A stretch of DNA of 63,487 nt, the filler included, from Candidatus Woesearchaeota archaeon CG1_02_57_44 (GTDB taxonomy: Archaea; Nanobdellota; Nanobdellia; Woesearchaeales; CG1-02-57-44), in NCBI GenBank assembly GCA_001871415.1. It is 5 parts of 5 records of this genome, joined end to end, with 100 filler letters (N's around TTAATTAATTAA, not from the genome) between each part and the next. Parts side by side here need not be neighbours in the genome. Positions count along the whole stretch, not along the records: positions 29,433 to 39,533 come from MNWW01000051.1; positions 39,634 to 46,447 come from MNWW01000005.1; 3 more parts are not named here. The stretch is one strand, 5' to 3'. The position numbers were made by a program, and so were the translations under genes. Under the pieces are notes generated by a model that saw only the letters and a list, made by a program, of their open reading frames with translations, was not told the DNA's origin and did no database searches. Each line of letters begins with the position of its first letter. Within the stretch, counting starts at the first letter, position 1. Positions 29,906 through 39,739 of this stretch are shown here, in pieces.

Positions 29906-30547
29906 ATGATATCGCCAAAGCAGCTGCGCATCCTGGGCACCTGGTGCACGAGCCCATTTGGAGAGCATTCTTTCTCCCAGCTCAGGACGCTGCTCAATGA
30001 ATCATCCCATGCGTCATTGCAGACTGCCCTCAGAGCATTCCTTGACGAGAACCTGCTCATCATGCGCCAGATAGGACCGACGAAGCTGTATGCTATCAAC
30101 CACCAGAATGCCAGCACCCACCTGTATCTGCAGATGGCAGCTGCCGATCGTCTCAGCGCGCATGCACGGGCTTCTATCGCCATGGTGAAGGAATGTCTTG
30201 ACTCCCAGGGGATATTGTACGCTGGTGCGGTCTTTGGCTCCTATGCGACAGGCAAGCAGGACAAGACCTCAGACATTGACCTTGCGGTGATGGTGCAGGA
30301 CAAGGTCAGCAAGGGAAAAGCAAAAGGCGCCATGGGCACTGCCGCGCTCCGCTCACCTCTGAGACTGGACGCGCAGGTGATGACCAGGACCGAATTGCTC
30401 AACATGCTGTGCGCGGACGAGGCGAATCTAGGCAAAGAGATAGCGCGCGGAAATCTTCCGGTTTTTGCTGCGTCACTTTTTTATTGCACCATCATCGACG
30501 CCATGCGCCATGGATTCAGCCCTCTACCTCTCGCGGGCGGAAAATGA
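29906..30547 (+). CDS. wHTH plus minimal nucleotidyltransferase (MNT) antitoxin
   Basis: N-terminal wHTH (IGPTKLYAIN wing); FGSYATG...SDIDLAV nucleotidyltransferase motif. Confidence 0.88.
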   Translation: MISPKQLRILGTWCTSPFGEHSFSQLRTLLNESSHASLQTALRAFLDENLLIMRQIGPTKLYAINHQNASTHLYLQMAAADRLSAHARASIAMVKECLDSQGILYAGAVFGSYATGKQDKTSDIDLAVMVQDKVSKGKAKGAMGTAALRSPLRLDAQVMTRTELLNMLCADEANLGKEIARGNLPVFAASLFYCTIIDAMRHGFSPLPLAGGK

Positions 30548-30959
30548 GCTGGTGCTGGCAGACATCATCATGAGACTGTCATCTGATGCCCAGCTGCAGC
30601 AGCGCCTTGTCTCGACGCAAAAGCCCTTGACATTCTATAGCGCGGTCATAAGCCATGCATACTATTGCATGTTCTATGCCGCAAAGGCGTATCTGCTCCA
30701 CTGCGGTATACAGACAAAGCCGCCAGAGGAGCACCGGAAGACCTGCAGGGCGTTCGCGAGGGTCTGGAAGGCCGTCAATGGCGATCCTGCCGCCAGCACC
30801 CTTCAGCAGTGGCTCCGCGAGGAACGAGACAAGCGCTCGTCGTCCGCGTATCATCGGAGCGCGCAGCACAACAGGAAGCCTGCGCAGGCAAGCCTTGACA
30901 GGGCGAGGATATTCTACCCTTGTATCTATGCGCGATTGCATACATCTGATAAAGGATAG
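30510..30959 (+). CDS. HEPN-domain protein
   Basis: YLSRAENEL, HAYYCMFYAAKAYL, EH and RSSSAYH; overlaps the MNT gene. Confidence 0.85.
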   Translation: MDSALYLSRAENELVLADIIMRLSSDAQLQQRLVSTQKPLTFYSAVISHAYYCMFYAAKAYLLHCGIQTKPPEEHRKTCRAFARVWKAVNGDPAASTLQQWLREERDKRSSSAYHRSAQHNRKPAQASLDRARIFYPCIYARLHTSDKG

Positions 30960-31129
30960 TGATACCAATGCAGAAACCTGACGACAGCCCCGGGATCCTG
31001 TGTGCATCCATCTGCTCGATGCGCAAAGACCAGCCCATCCCCGAGAAGGACAAACCTATGCCGTTGATACCTTGAGCCAGGCAGCCAGTGGCCGGTGAGA
31101 TTATATACTCCACCCCCTCCCACAGCGTC

Positions 31130-31879
31130 ATGGAGCAGGACTTGCTGGCCTACTGGCTACAGCGGCAGGGATTCGCCACGGTGAGGGATCTGCCCTTGCC
31201 CGGCAACAGGTGCGTGTTCCTCGTGGGCGCCAAGGCAAAGGACGCCGTGCACCTTGAGTGCTTCGCGTCCGTGACAGCGTCAGGCAACATCATGCACGAC
31301 AGCACCGACGTGAGAGCGTCGGTCTCTGCGTTCATCGCCAGGCGCTTCTCGCCGCAGGCCAAGGGCGCGGTGTCGCGGTTTCTTTCCGACGCAGGCCTGA
31401 ACCGCGGCCATCGTCGGGCATTGGCCCTCGGCCAACTGGCCCCGTCCCTGCGAGCAGATACGATAAAGGAGCTTGAGCGCCAGGGCATCAGCGTGGTGCT
31501 CCTCGAGCAGGCCCTCGCCGACGTGATAAGCGATATCGACCGCCTCGGGCATAGCGACCTGCGGGCCATGCAGCTCGTCAGGCACGTGCTGCTCGCCAAT
31601 CCTGAGGTGAGCGCGGACCTGATTGCCGACCTGCCCGCGCACACGCGCGAGGCGACGCTGCTGTGCCTCGCAAGACAGCCATGGGCAGCGCGCATATTGA
31701 AGGACGATGCCGTCCTGACAGCCATATTGTCGTCGGTGGGGACAAAGAAGCTGGCAAGGTCATTGAAGGCGAGTGGCAGCAGGAAAGCAGGCCTGCTCAT
31801 CAAGGAGCTGCTCGGCCCGAAGGTCCCTCCGTCGGTAGAAAGGCCCCTTTCTGAGTTCCTCGGGGAGAAAAATATTTAA
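31130..31879 (+). CDS. Hypothetical protein, possibly a degenerate restriction-endonuclease-like fold
   Basis: EQDLLAYWLQRQGF...VHLE N-terminus; TATA-like TTATATA at 31101-31107. Confidence 0.6.
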   Translation: MEQDLLAYWLQRQGFATVRDLPLPGNRCVFLVGAKAKDAVHLECFASVTASGNIMHDSTDVRASVSAFIARRFSPQAKGAVSRFLSDAGLNRGHRRALALGQLAPSLRADTIKELERQGISVVLLEQALADVISDIDRLGHSDLRAMQLVRHVLLANPEVSADLIADLPAHTREATLLCLARQPWAARILKDDAVLTAILSSVGTKKLARSLKASGSRKAGLLIKELLGPKVPPSVERPLSEFLGEKNI

Positions 31880-31924
31880 ACCCCCTCGCTATGAATCAGC
31901 TAACCAACATCGGAGGTATTCCGC

Positions 31925-32269
31925 ATGGCAGAAGTTGTCGCGAAAGCAGGTGTGAAGAAAGAGGGAGGGTTCCTCTACTTCATCGATAAGAATGGCAATG
32001 TCGCCCGAGCGAAGATGCAAAGGGGCGGTGGCAAGACCAAAGGCAAGAGCAAGACCGAGGTCGTCGCTAAGGTAGGCGTCAAGAAGGAGTCCGGCTATCT
32101 CTACTTCCTTGACAAGAACGGCAATGTCGCCCGCGCCAAGATGGTACGCGGCGGCAAGAAGAAGGCCAAGAAGAAAGCGGCCAAGAAAGTCGTGAAGAAG
32201 AAGGTTGCCAAGAAGGCGGCCAAGAAGCCGGCGAAGAAGAAAGTCGCCAAGAAAAAGAAGAAGCGCTAA
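31925..32269 (+). CDS. Small highly basic protein with two internal repeats and a histone-H1-like Lys/Ala tail
   Basis: EVVAK.GVKKE.G.LYF.DKNGNVARAKM x2, then KKAAKK repeats; TTTAAA box and GGAGGT site upstream. Confidence 0.85.
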   Translation: MAEVVAKAGVKKEGGFLYFIDKNGNVARAKMQRGGGKTKGKSKTEVVAKVGVKKESGYLYFLDKNGNVARAKMVRGGKKKAKKKAAKKVVKKKVAKKAAKKPAKKKVAKKKKKR

Positions 32270-32289
32270 GGCGCTTATTTTTTCTTTTT
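32261..32289 (+). terminator. Hairpin plus T-tract terminator
   Basis: AAGCGC-TAAG-GCGCTT followed by ATTTTTTCTTTTT. Confidence 0.6.
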
Positions 32290-32353
32290 ACTCTCGTTCT
32301 CTTCCCAGCCCGTCATAACAAAGTTTAAATACTGATGCGCCTAAAAATGTCCT

Positions 32354-33148
32354 ATGGGTAAGGGGCAGGCATCCATTTTCATCATAGTGGGCGTTGTCAT
32401 CGTTCTCTTGGCCGGTGTCGCCATCTTCTACGCGAGGCAGTCGCCCCAGCAGCAGATCCTGGACCCGACAAGGCCTGACGCCATCCGCGCTGTCGTGGAC
32501 AGCTGCCATCGCGACCTGCTGACGCAGGGCATACAGTGGATAGGACTGCATGGAGGAAGAATACTGCCAGTGGCGCCCAAGCTCTTCGCTGACCGTAATA
32601 TCCTCTCAGACCTTGACCTGCCTTGGTCGACAGTGACAGCAGGCAGGGAGAATCTTTTTATCCACTATCTCTATGCGCAAGGCACACCGTCGTATGAACC
32701 CGGCAATGAGCAGATGGAAGCGGATCTTGGCGCGTATATAGTGTCTAACCTGCCCGCCTGCGTCAATGAGTTCCGTGATTTCAAGAATGCCGGACTGCAG
32801 GTGGAATGGGATGCACCCTCAGCCAGTGTTACTATCAGCGACACAACAGTCAAGAGCGACTTGACTTATGGCATCAGGGTGTTGCTGCCAGACAGCGTGC
32901 TGGAGTTCAATGACTTCACTGTGCAGTTGGATTCGCAGCTGGGTCGCATCTGGAATGTCATGGTGCCTGCGCTTCTCTCGCGCATTGATGAGAAGCCTGA
33001 CTTCATGCCATCGGGAAAACTGACCGACCTTGGCGAGGAGTATGCTGTCAATGCGGGCGGGTTCCCGTACCAGACCAGTTATGTGTACTACATAATAGAC
33101 AAAGGGGAGGTTGACCTTGATTTCCTGTTCGCCCAAGAACGCCCGTGA
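32354..33148 (+). CDS. Class III (type IV pilin-like) signal-peptide protein
   Basis: MGKG-QASIFIIVGVVIVLLAGVAIF; SC...IGLHGG motif; paralog of 57928-59991. Confidence 0.75.
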   Translation: MGKGQASIFIIVGVVIVLLAGVAIFYARQSPQQQILDPTRPDAIRAVVDSCHRDLLTQGIQWIGLHGGRILPVAPKLFADRNILSDLDLPWSTVTAGRENLFIHYLYAQGTPSYEPGNEQMEADLGAYIVSNLPACVNEFRDFKNAGLQVEWDAPSASVTISDTTVKSDLTYGIRVLLPDSVLEFNDFTVQLDSQLGRIWNVMVPALLSRIDEKPDFMPSGKLTDLGEEYAVNAGGFPYQTSYVYYIIDKGEVDLDFLFAQERP

Positions 33149-36100
33149 CGTGAGCATCGCCCTGGTGCTATTGCTGCTGGTAGCGGTGCTGCCCGTGGTA
33201 CTGGCAGGCGAGAGCGTCGCGTGGAGCGCATATCAGGAAGCTATCAAAACTGCTGCTGAGACAAGGGATGCTAGTATAGATGCCGCGCCGGCTGACGCTG
33301 AAACAGCGATTGCTGCTGTGACCAGCAGCACCTCAACCCCGACAGATGGATCATCCCCAGTGACCACTTGGCATTTTGATGGCAACTCATATAACTCACA
33401 AGGCCCCGCAGACGCTGCCAGAGCCACAGCCGTTGAAGCAAAAAAGAACGAGCTCATCGATGCCGCAAAAAAAGCATTTGATGATGCTAAGGCGACTGCC
33501 GCCACCGCATTCCAGACAGCGCTGGTCGCGGAGCTTGCCGCAGCTACAATAGGAAGCGACTATTCTACATTGTTCCAGTTGTTGCGCGGTGAAAAGATAG
33601 GTGATTTCGCTGATGGTGACCTCGCGTTTCCCACCACAGGATTCACGTTGCCTGAGACCCTGTCCTTCGGCAATGGCGAAACAGCAATGACCCTTGATGG
33701 CTGGCAGGGTTTGCGCAACATCGTCATCAACAGTGACGGAAAGCCGCAGCTCGTTTACGGCACCGATGGAGCTGAGACCACGACCACCATCGGCGCTGGC
33801 CTCGATAAGCTTAGCTTCGCTGAAGGAAAGCTCAAGCATGGTGACATCTCACTGAATGGGATGCAGGAGATAGCTTACATCCCCGGCACGACAACTGAAG
33901 AGAACGTCCAGCTACCGGGATCATACAGCGTCACCTACGGGGAGAACAGTCCCTCAGTCTTTCCCCGGCAGTCTATCGAAGTCAAGGATGGTATCCTCTA
34001 CGTGGACGGCAGACCCTTCGCAGGAAACGGATTCACCAATGTAGATGCAAGCGGCGATACACCAAAGGTCAGTTACAAGGTCGGAGAGGAGGAGCGAACA
34101 CTCACAATAGAAGGTCTTGCGGATAACGAAGGTGTGAGCATCAGGAAGGATGGCGATACGACCTGGCTGGATGTTGGCGGTGTGCACTTGGAGGCAGGGC
34201 TTGGCTCTACTGCAACAGATACCATGGAGGCCAGATTAAGGATTGAGCCCAAGGGCTCTGGCAAGACTCTAGTTGAGATTATGATGGTTCCACAAGACGA
34301 AGCAACCCCAGATGGAGCTATATTCGGGGAGACATCAAGTCAGGTATATAGAGTGCCCCCCATGATTGTGCCTGAAGGTAGCTCATTCTCGTTCAGTCAG
34401 GTATCTGACACCCGTGAGGGTGCAACAACGGATACGACAACGGCAGTCACTGTCCGATGGACTGATACCCGCCCGGGAGAGATACGGTTCATGCAGATGC
34501 TCCCAAAGGAGGAGAACAGCAACCTGCCATTAAATACTATGGGAGTTCGCGTTCCAGCAACATTCGAGATAGACCCATCGGATACCGCCTCACCATTCCA
34601 CTTCACCGGCACTATCGATATGCTTGGCAAGGAAGGGACCCCCTTCGCGGACAAGCCCGTGCGTGTTTCAGCGTCCATGATTCCGGAAGCGACGGAAGAG
34701 CAGACTGCCACCGGAGCCGTCGCCGTCGGCTTCACCGATACTGGCGCAATCCGTGTGGTGCCCCGCACGGAACTAACGCAAGAGCTTGCTGTCGGTAACT
34801 ATGCGTTCAGGCGCGAGACCATTGAACAGCTTAAATACGATGCGACAAGGACCCCATCATGGTATCGCGCCGAAATACCCATAAATCCGTTTGAGGCGAT
34901 TGCCGGTATCACAGCCAGCTTTGGCGTGGAGTCCGGCACGAAGGATAAATTGGGTATAAAGGACGATGAAAAAGATACATGGGATAGCATAAAAGTTGAT
35001 TTCACGCAGCCACTGAAAGGGAAGAGTGCCCAGGAAAGGAATCTCCAACAGCAGGGGCTTGCGGTCAGTATGTATGATATTGAAGGACGTGTGGTTACCC
35101 GCATCCCATTCCAGTATATCCCAGATGATGGAGGGAGTCTGACATTAGAGACAAGACCACTGCCAGAAGAATCATGGCCAAAGGATGTGGAAATCCGTCC
35201 AGAATCAGTGATCCGTGAGAGGATGCAGATAAAAGGGATAACCTATACGGAAGTATTCAACCGCAATGGCGATTTTGGCGGTGTTATGTACACAGGCGCG
35301 ACAGAATCAACAATAATACAATACAGGCCAAAGCTCGCCGAGAGCAGACTGGATGTTGCTGTCGGTTCTATGAATCTATTGCCGGACCAGTTGAATCCAT
35401 CTATCAGTGAGTTTGACATCAATGCGGTGATCACCAGACATAATGGCGTGGATCAGGAGATAGGCCTATGCATAGGCGATGCCTGCAAGAGAACGACGCT
35501 TCCGGCAGACACGCCTGCCATAATGATTGGCGGTGCGAGCACAACCTTGCCTGAAGTGAGTACAGAAGAAGGAACAGCAAACATCAACTTGATAGGCTTT
35601 GATAAGACCGCCGACAAAGGGAGCATATCGCTTGTGCTGGGACCTGTCGAGCACACCTTCACCCCCACAGGAGAGGGAACAGAACGAAAGGTCGAGCGTT
35701 ACAGTCGTTGGCTCCTCAGCATGGATAAATATTTCACGCAGGTGATTCCTGAGACAGAGGGAGAACAGCGTTATTTCAACAGGCTCGTGTTGGAGGGAAT
35801 CGATTGGACCACAAGTGAGCTCGAACCTGGCAATACTGTCAGGCTGTTAGAATGGAAGGATGCAGAAAGTTCTGATGGCACAACAACACCGACTATTGGA
35901 AGAGTGAGCATCCACACAAAACCCTCTGGTGGCGATAACGAGGGACGCCTCAGTGTCAAGGATTATGCAGGCGCGTCAATTACGGAAAAAAAGCTTACGC
36001 TCGCAGAAAAACCACCACCGGCCATCATAACGCTTGGTCAGAGCATGCGTGAATATGCGAAAACTCATAACGGTGTCATTCCCATCCCGACACAGTTGGC

Positions 36101-37199
36101 TAGGTTATGGGCATTAAGCGCCGATCAAAATATGCTCGACGACCCGGACAGGGCATGGCTCATCAACGAGTTGCGTTCGCGGGCAAAGACAGCGGGGACC
36201 GACAGCACTTCAGGCCGTGCAATAACAGGATTAAAGGCGGTTGATAACGGCTTTAAGCTGTTGTATGCTGATGGCTCAGTAAGCTCGTATGTCTTAGAGC
36301 CGGACTTTTTGGAAAAATATGCAGAGATGAGCGAACAGGACCTTAAGACCAATATTAAAACCATAACAACTGAAGTCACCACAGCAGGAAGTAAAGGGGG
36401 GCCTGCGGTTGCTGTATTACAGAACGCCTTGATGAACATGAATATGGCATCCGACGCGGTACATCCGAGCAAAGGTCAATTAAAAGAGGAACAACCATCT
36501 TTCATAGCAGAAAGAAGGAGGACTGACATTCGTAGCATACTTGCGACGCTTCCTGCCGACCTACAGGAGAAGATAAAAAAAGCAAAGACAGATGACGAGA
36601 TCAAGAATATCCTTCTGGATGAGATAAAAAAGAACTCCGACAACCAAGATACACTAAGAACAATATCAGAATTTGCGGAGAGTATAGGCATGGATCTCAC
36701 AGAGCAATCTGCGGGAGAAGCAGAACCACCACCAGCAGAACCAGCGGCAGACACGACAGATTCAACCCCACCATTGCCTGCAGTAAATTCAGAAGATGAA
36801 AAAACCACTGTACAGCATTTTGTAGATAAGTTTAAAGAAAGCTTGACCTATGACTATGAAGATAATGCCGATAAAAGACGCAATATCATTGAGGTTGAAC
36901 TAAAAAAGGCATATTCCAGTATTACAGCCGACCACCTCGCCAGACTGACCGACCAGATCTATAATGACCCGGGCCTGCGCAAGGAAAATGGGAATTACGC
37001 TGAAGAGTGGAAGAATGAGAATCACAGACCGGAGGCAGCAGCAGAACCAGCAACAGCAGAAGGAACAGAACCAACACCAGCAGAAGGAACAGAACCAGCA
37101 ACAGCAGAAGCAGAACCAGCAACAGCAGAAGCAGAACCAGCAACACCAGCAGAAGCAGAACCAGCAACACCAGCAGAACCAACAACACCAGCACCATAG
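33111..37199 (+). CDS. Very large secreted/surface protein with Pro/Thr/Ala/Glu repeat tail (start may be TTG 33117)
   Basis: N-terminal hydrophobic signal, beta-rich acidic core, helical C-region and a tail of AEPAT repeats; overlaps the upstream gene; GGAGG at 33106-33110. Confidence 0.8.
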   Translation: MTLISCSPKNARDVSIALVLLLLVAVLPVVLAGESVAWSAYQEAIKTAAETRDASIDAAPADAETAIAAVTSSTSTPTDGSSPVTTWHFDGNSYNSQGPADAARATAVEAKKNELIDAAKKAFDDAKATAATAFQTALVAELAAATIGSDYSTLFQLLRGEKIGDFADGDLAFPTTGFTLPETLSFGNGETAMTLDGWQGLRNIVINSDGKPQLVYGTDGAETTTTIGAGLDKLSFAEGKLKHGDISLNGMQEIAYIPGTTTEENVQLPGSYSVTYGENSPSVFPRQSIEVKDGILYVDGRPFAGNGFTNVDASGDTPKVSYKVGEEERTLTIEGLADNEGVSIRKDGDTTWLDVGGVHLEAGLGSTATDTMEARLRIEPKGSGKTLVEIMMVPQDEATPDGAIFGETSSQVYRVPPMIVPEGSSFSFSQVSDTREGATTDTTTAVTVRWTDTRPGEIRFMQMLPKEENSNLPLNTMGVRVPATFEIDPSDTASPFHFTGTIDMLGKEGTPFADKPVRVSASMIPEATEEQTATGAVAVGFTDTGAIRVVPRTELTQELAVGNYAFRRETIEQLKYDATRTPSWYRAEIPINPFEAIAGITASFGVESGTKDKLGIKDDEKDTWDSIKVDFTQPLKGKSAQERNLQQQGLAVSMYDIEGRVVTRIPFQYIPDDGGSLTLETRPLPEESWPKDVEIRPESVIRERMQIKGITYTEVFNRNGDFGGVMYTGATESTIIQYRPKLAESRLDVAVGSMNLLPDQLNPSISEFDINAVITRHNGVDQEIGLCIGDACKRTTLPADTPAIMIGGASTTLPEVSTEEGTANINLIGFDKTADKGSISLVLGPVEHTFTPTGEGTERKVERYSRWLLSMDKYFTQVIPETEGEQRYFNRLVLEGIDWTTSELEPGNTVRLLEWKDAESSDGTTTPTIGRVSIHTKPSGGDNEGRLSVKDYAGASITEKKLTLAEKPPPAIITLGQSMREYAKTHNGVIPIPTQLARLWALSADQNMLDDPDRAWLINELRSRAKTAGTDSTSGRAITGLKAVDNGFKLLYADGSVSSYVLEPDFLEKYAEMSEQDLKTNIKTITTEVTTAGSKGGPAVAVLQNALMNMNMASDAVHPSKGQLKEEQPSFIAERRRTDIRSILATLPADLQEKIKKAKTDDEIKNILLDEIKKNSDNQDTLRTISEFAESIGMDLTEQSAGEAEPPPAEPAADTTDSTPPLPAVNSEDEKTTVQHFVDKFKESLTYDYEDNADKRRNIIEVELKKAYSSITADHLARLTDQIYNDPGLRKENGNYAEEWKNENHRPEAAAEPATAEGTEPTPAEGTEPATAEAEPATAEAEPATPAEAEPATPAEPTTPAP
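37035..37196 (+). repeat. Coding minisatellite (GCAGAACCAGCAACA-based 21-24 nt units)
   Basis: Encodes AEPATAEGTEPTP... at the C-terminus of the large protein. Confidence 0.85.
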
Positions 37200-37397
37200 T
37201 ACCAGACCGCCTAATCCATACTATTAGCAAAAAACAACAATGCAGGGCACAGTATATCCAATTCTATTGGCACATGGTATTGCAACATAATAGACTACTT
37301 GTCCGGGATATGGCGCAGGATATTCTCCAAGATATCGTGACACCAGACAGATTCAATCATGCAGAAACAGCAAATCCATAATGGTTACGCACCACAG

Positions 37398-38891
37398 CTA
37401 TGAACCAACCCCCATATATCCCCGCCTGACCTGAACATCCTTCTCCTCCCTCGCCACCACATCCCTATAGTCATCCGCCTTCACGGGAACTGCAAAGCGC
37501 GTAAAAGTTGAGCTGACAATCGCCTCACCAACAGACAGCGACGCTATCGCGCGCTCATCCGACGACAGGTCTTGCGCCGCGGAATCAATAAGAGCATCCC
37601 TTTCAGGTTTCATCTCCATGCCCAGTATTATTTTCGTGTTCATGTTCGCGAGTATCGTCCGGGGGATCAATGACGGCATCTGCGTGACCGCAAGCAATCC
37701 TATCTTGAACTTGCGCCCTTCGCGCGCTATTGTGGAAAAGACATTGCTGCCTCGCTCCAGCACGTCCTTGCCGAGCACGCGCGGCGCCTCCTCAAGCACG
37801 ATTGATATCACGGGCTTGCCAGCCAGCTCCCCCGTCCTCTTATACCCCTGGTAGCGGTGCAGCAGTTCCCATGACACCATCGAGCCGATGAGCAGTTCCT
37901 GCTGGCCGCCGAATGGAGAAGTATCGACGATGACGGTCTTGCCTGACTCCAGCTCTGAGACAATATCCCGCACCGTCGTCTCGCCTCTGGAGCTATCAAA
38001 CACCCCCCGACAGACCAGCCCGCCCTGCGCCACATCAACATCCAGCACCCCCATCATCCTGCGCTTCAGGACCTCCACCGTGCCTTCCTGAAATCCCTGT
38101 GGCGTATCCCGCAATAGTATCCCGGTCACCCACTGCGAGCCATACATCCGGTAGTACGCCGAAAGCGCCTCCTGCTGCGGCTCTGACCACCACGCGACAC
38201 CATTGAAGTGCCAGGGCCGCAATGAATCAAGCGAAATGCGAAGCGTCCTGCCACCGGGAGGCACATCCTGTGCTGTATAGTAGACGACACCTGAGGGATG
38301 TGACCTCAACCCCACCCCCACACGCCCATAATACTCATCATGCGGGTCAAGCACCAGCACGCCGCAGTAATCCTTGCCTGTCGCGTCCCAGAGCATGCAG
38401 GAGAGCAGATTGCTCTTGCCCCTGCCAGTGGTCGCTGTTATCAGGATATGATGCGCGAAGGCCTTGGCTCCGTCCACATAGAGTGGCAGGTCAATGACGC
38501 GGGAGCCGGAGCGCAGCTTCCCCACCAATAACGGCGTCGCCGGCTTCACAAGAAAGCCCAGATCCGAAGCAGTCACATCGCGGCACACAGACATGAATCC
38601 CGGCAGTTCCTTGGGTGCCCGACCATCAAGCCCCAGAAGGAGCCGCAAGCGCGCCAGCGTATACGCGCGCAATTCAGGAGAGATAAGCGAGACATCAGCG
38701 CCTTCCTCCAGCGCCATGCCCGAGACCATCTCCAGGTTCTGCTGGGATATCTGGGAGCCATACAGCAACTCATTGACCTGCAAAAGCATGCCATCGCACA
38801 CCAATAATTCCCCCAATTCCAGTCGCCTGCCGTCTTTCTGCCTTGCCAGCAGCGAGCCAAAGCTCCCCCCGATGACTTGCGCGCGGGTCAT
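37398..38891 (-). CDS. herA: HerA-family ATPase (HAS barrel plus DUF87)
   Basis: [35 protein letters not shown] and TQMPS motifs; start moved to ATG 38891. Confidence 0.85.
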   Translation of the reverse strand: MTRAQVIGGSFGSLLARQKDGRRLELGELLVCDGMLLQVNELLYGSQISQQNLEMVSGMALEEGADVSLISPELRAYTLARLRLLLGLDGRAPKELPGFMSVCRDVTASDLGFLVKPATPLLVGKLRSGSRVIDLPLYVDGAKAFAHHILITATTGRGKSNLLSCMLWDATGKDYCGVLVLDPHDEYYGRVGVGLRSHPSGVVYYTAQDVPPGGRTLRISLDSLRPWHFNGVAWWSEPQQEALSAYYRMYGSQWVTGILLRDTPQGFQEGTVEVLKRRMMGVLDVDVAQGGLVCRGVFDSSRGETTVRDIVSELESGKTVIVDTSPFGGQQELLIGSMVSWELLHRYQGYKRTGELAGKPVISIVLEEAPRVLGKDVLERGSNVFSTIAREGRKFKIGLLAVTQMPSLIPRTILANMNTKIILGMEMKPERDALIDSAAQDLSSDERAIASLSVGEAIVSSTFTRFAVPVKADDYRDVVAREEKDVQVRRGYMGVGS

Positions 38892-39023
38892 GGAAAAGGA
38901 GAAGGCGGACTGATTATTAAGTGCATTGGTGCATGGACCACGCACTATACTCCGCGGGTCTTCCGGATTTCTCCCGCAAACACCTATCAACCACCCATCC
39001 ATCAGCATCTTCATGCACAAGGA

Positions 39024-39049
39024 TTATATAGCAGTAAGCCCTGCCTTAC
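39024..39049 (+). promoter_or_regulatory. TATA box plus palindrome GTAAG-N6-CTTAC
   Basis: TTATATA at 39024-39030; inverted repeat at 39034-39049, just before ATG 39055. Confidence 0.55.
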
Positions 39050-39054
39050 CAATT

Positions 39055-39321
39055 ATGGAATATGCTATCGCAAGGATAAGCACCAAGGGACAGATGGTCA
39101 TACCGCAGGCGCTCAGGACAGACATCAAGGCAGGCGATGAGTTCCTCATCGTCCACGACAATGGCAAGTTCATCCTCAAGAAGCTCAAGGACCTGTCCGA
39201 AGATCTCATCGACGACCTGCGCTTCGCTGAGCAGGTGGAGCAGACCTGGAAAGAACGAGAGAAAGGAACATTCAGGAGATCATCAAAGGATGATTTCCTT
39301 GAGGAATTGCGCGCATGCTGA
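39055..39321 (+). CDS. AbrB/MazE-family antitoxin
   Basis: ISTKGQMVIP..LR..IKAGD AbrB motif; acidic C-terminus. Confidence 0.88.
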   Translation: MEYAIARISTKGQMVIPQALRTDIKAGDEFLIVHDNGKFILKKLKDLSEDLIDDLRFAEQVEQTWKEREKGTFRRSSKDDFLEELRAC

Positions 39322-39533
39322 GCATAGAGCACCATCCTGGATTCCTGAAAGCCATCAGGAAGATACGCGATAAGCGTCTGAAGCAACAAGTAAAGCAGCA
39401 GGTGGAAAAAGCCATCAGTGATCCATTGTCGGGAAAGCCCATGCGTTATGGCCGCAAAGACACAAGGGAACTCAAGATAGGACCATATCGTCTCGCGTAT
39501 CACTATGAAAAAGACATCATCACGTTCCTAATG
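39315..39533 (+). CDS. RelE/ParE-family toxin, truncated by the gap
   Basis: F.KAIRKI...P.SGKPMRY...RELKIGPYRLAY; overlaps the antitoxin gene. Confidence 0.85.
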
Positions 39534-39633
39534 NNNNNNNNNNNNNNNNNNNNNNNNNNNNNNNNNNNNNNNNNNNNTTAATTAATTAANNNNNNNNNNN
39601 NNNNNNNNNNNNNNNNNNNNNNNNNNNNNNNNN
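39534..39633. other. Artificial contig linker
   Basis: N44-TTAATTAATTAA-N44. Confidence 0.97.
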
Positions 39634-39650
39634 CGAGAGGTAAGGGCGCG

Positions 39651-39737
39651 ATGGTCCTGTCACCAGAGACGCAAGCGGAATTTCAGCGCCTTGTCGAAGG
39701 ACACCGTCGTCTGCTTGAGGCGATAGGGAAGCTGTAG
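39651..39737 (+). CDS. 28-aa microprotein, or 3' end of a gene cut by the gap
   Basis: MVLSPETQAEFQRLVEGHRRLLEAIGKL; GAGGT 9 nt upstream; the frame is also open back to the gap. Confidence 0.5.
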   Translation: MVLSPETQAEFQRLVEGHRRLLEAIGKL

Positions 39738-39739
39738 TG

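Noticed and set aside
36964..37227. Poly-Q and poly-L ORFs, or a CRISPR-like repeat
   Set aside because: Alternative frames of the coding minisatellite; there are no unique spacers.
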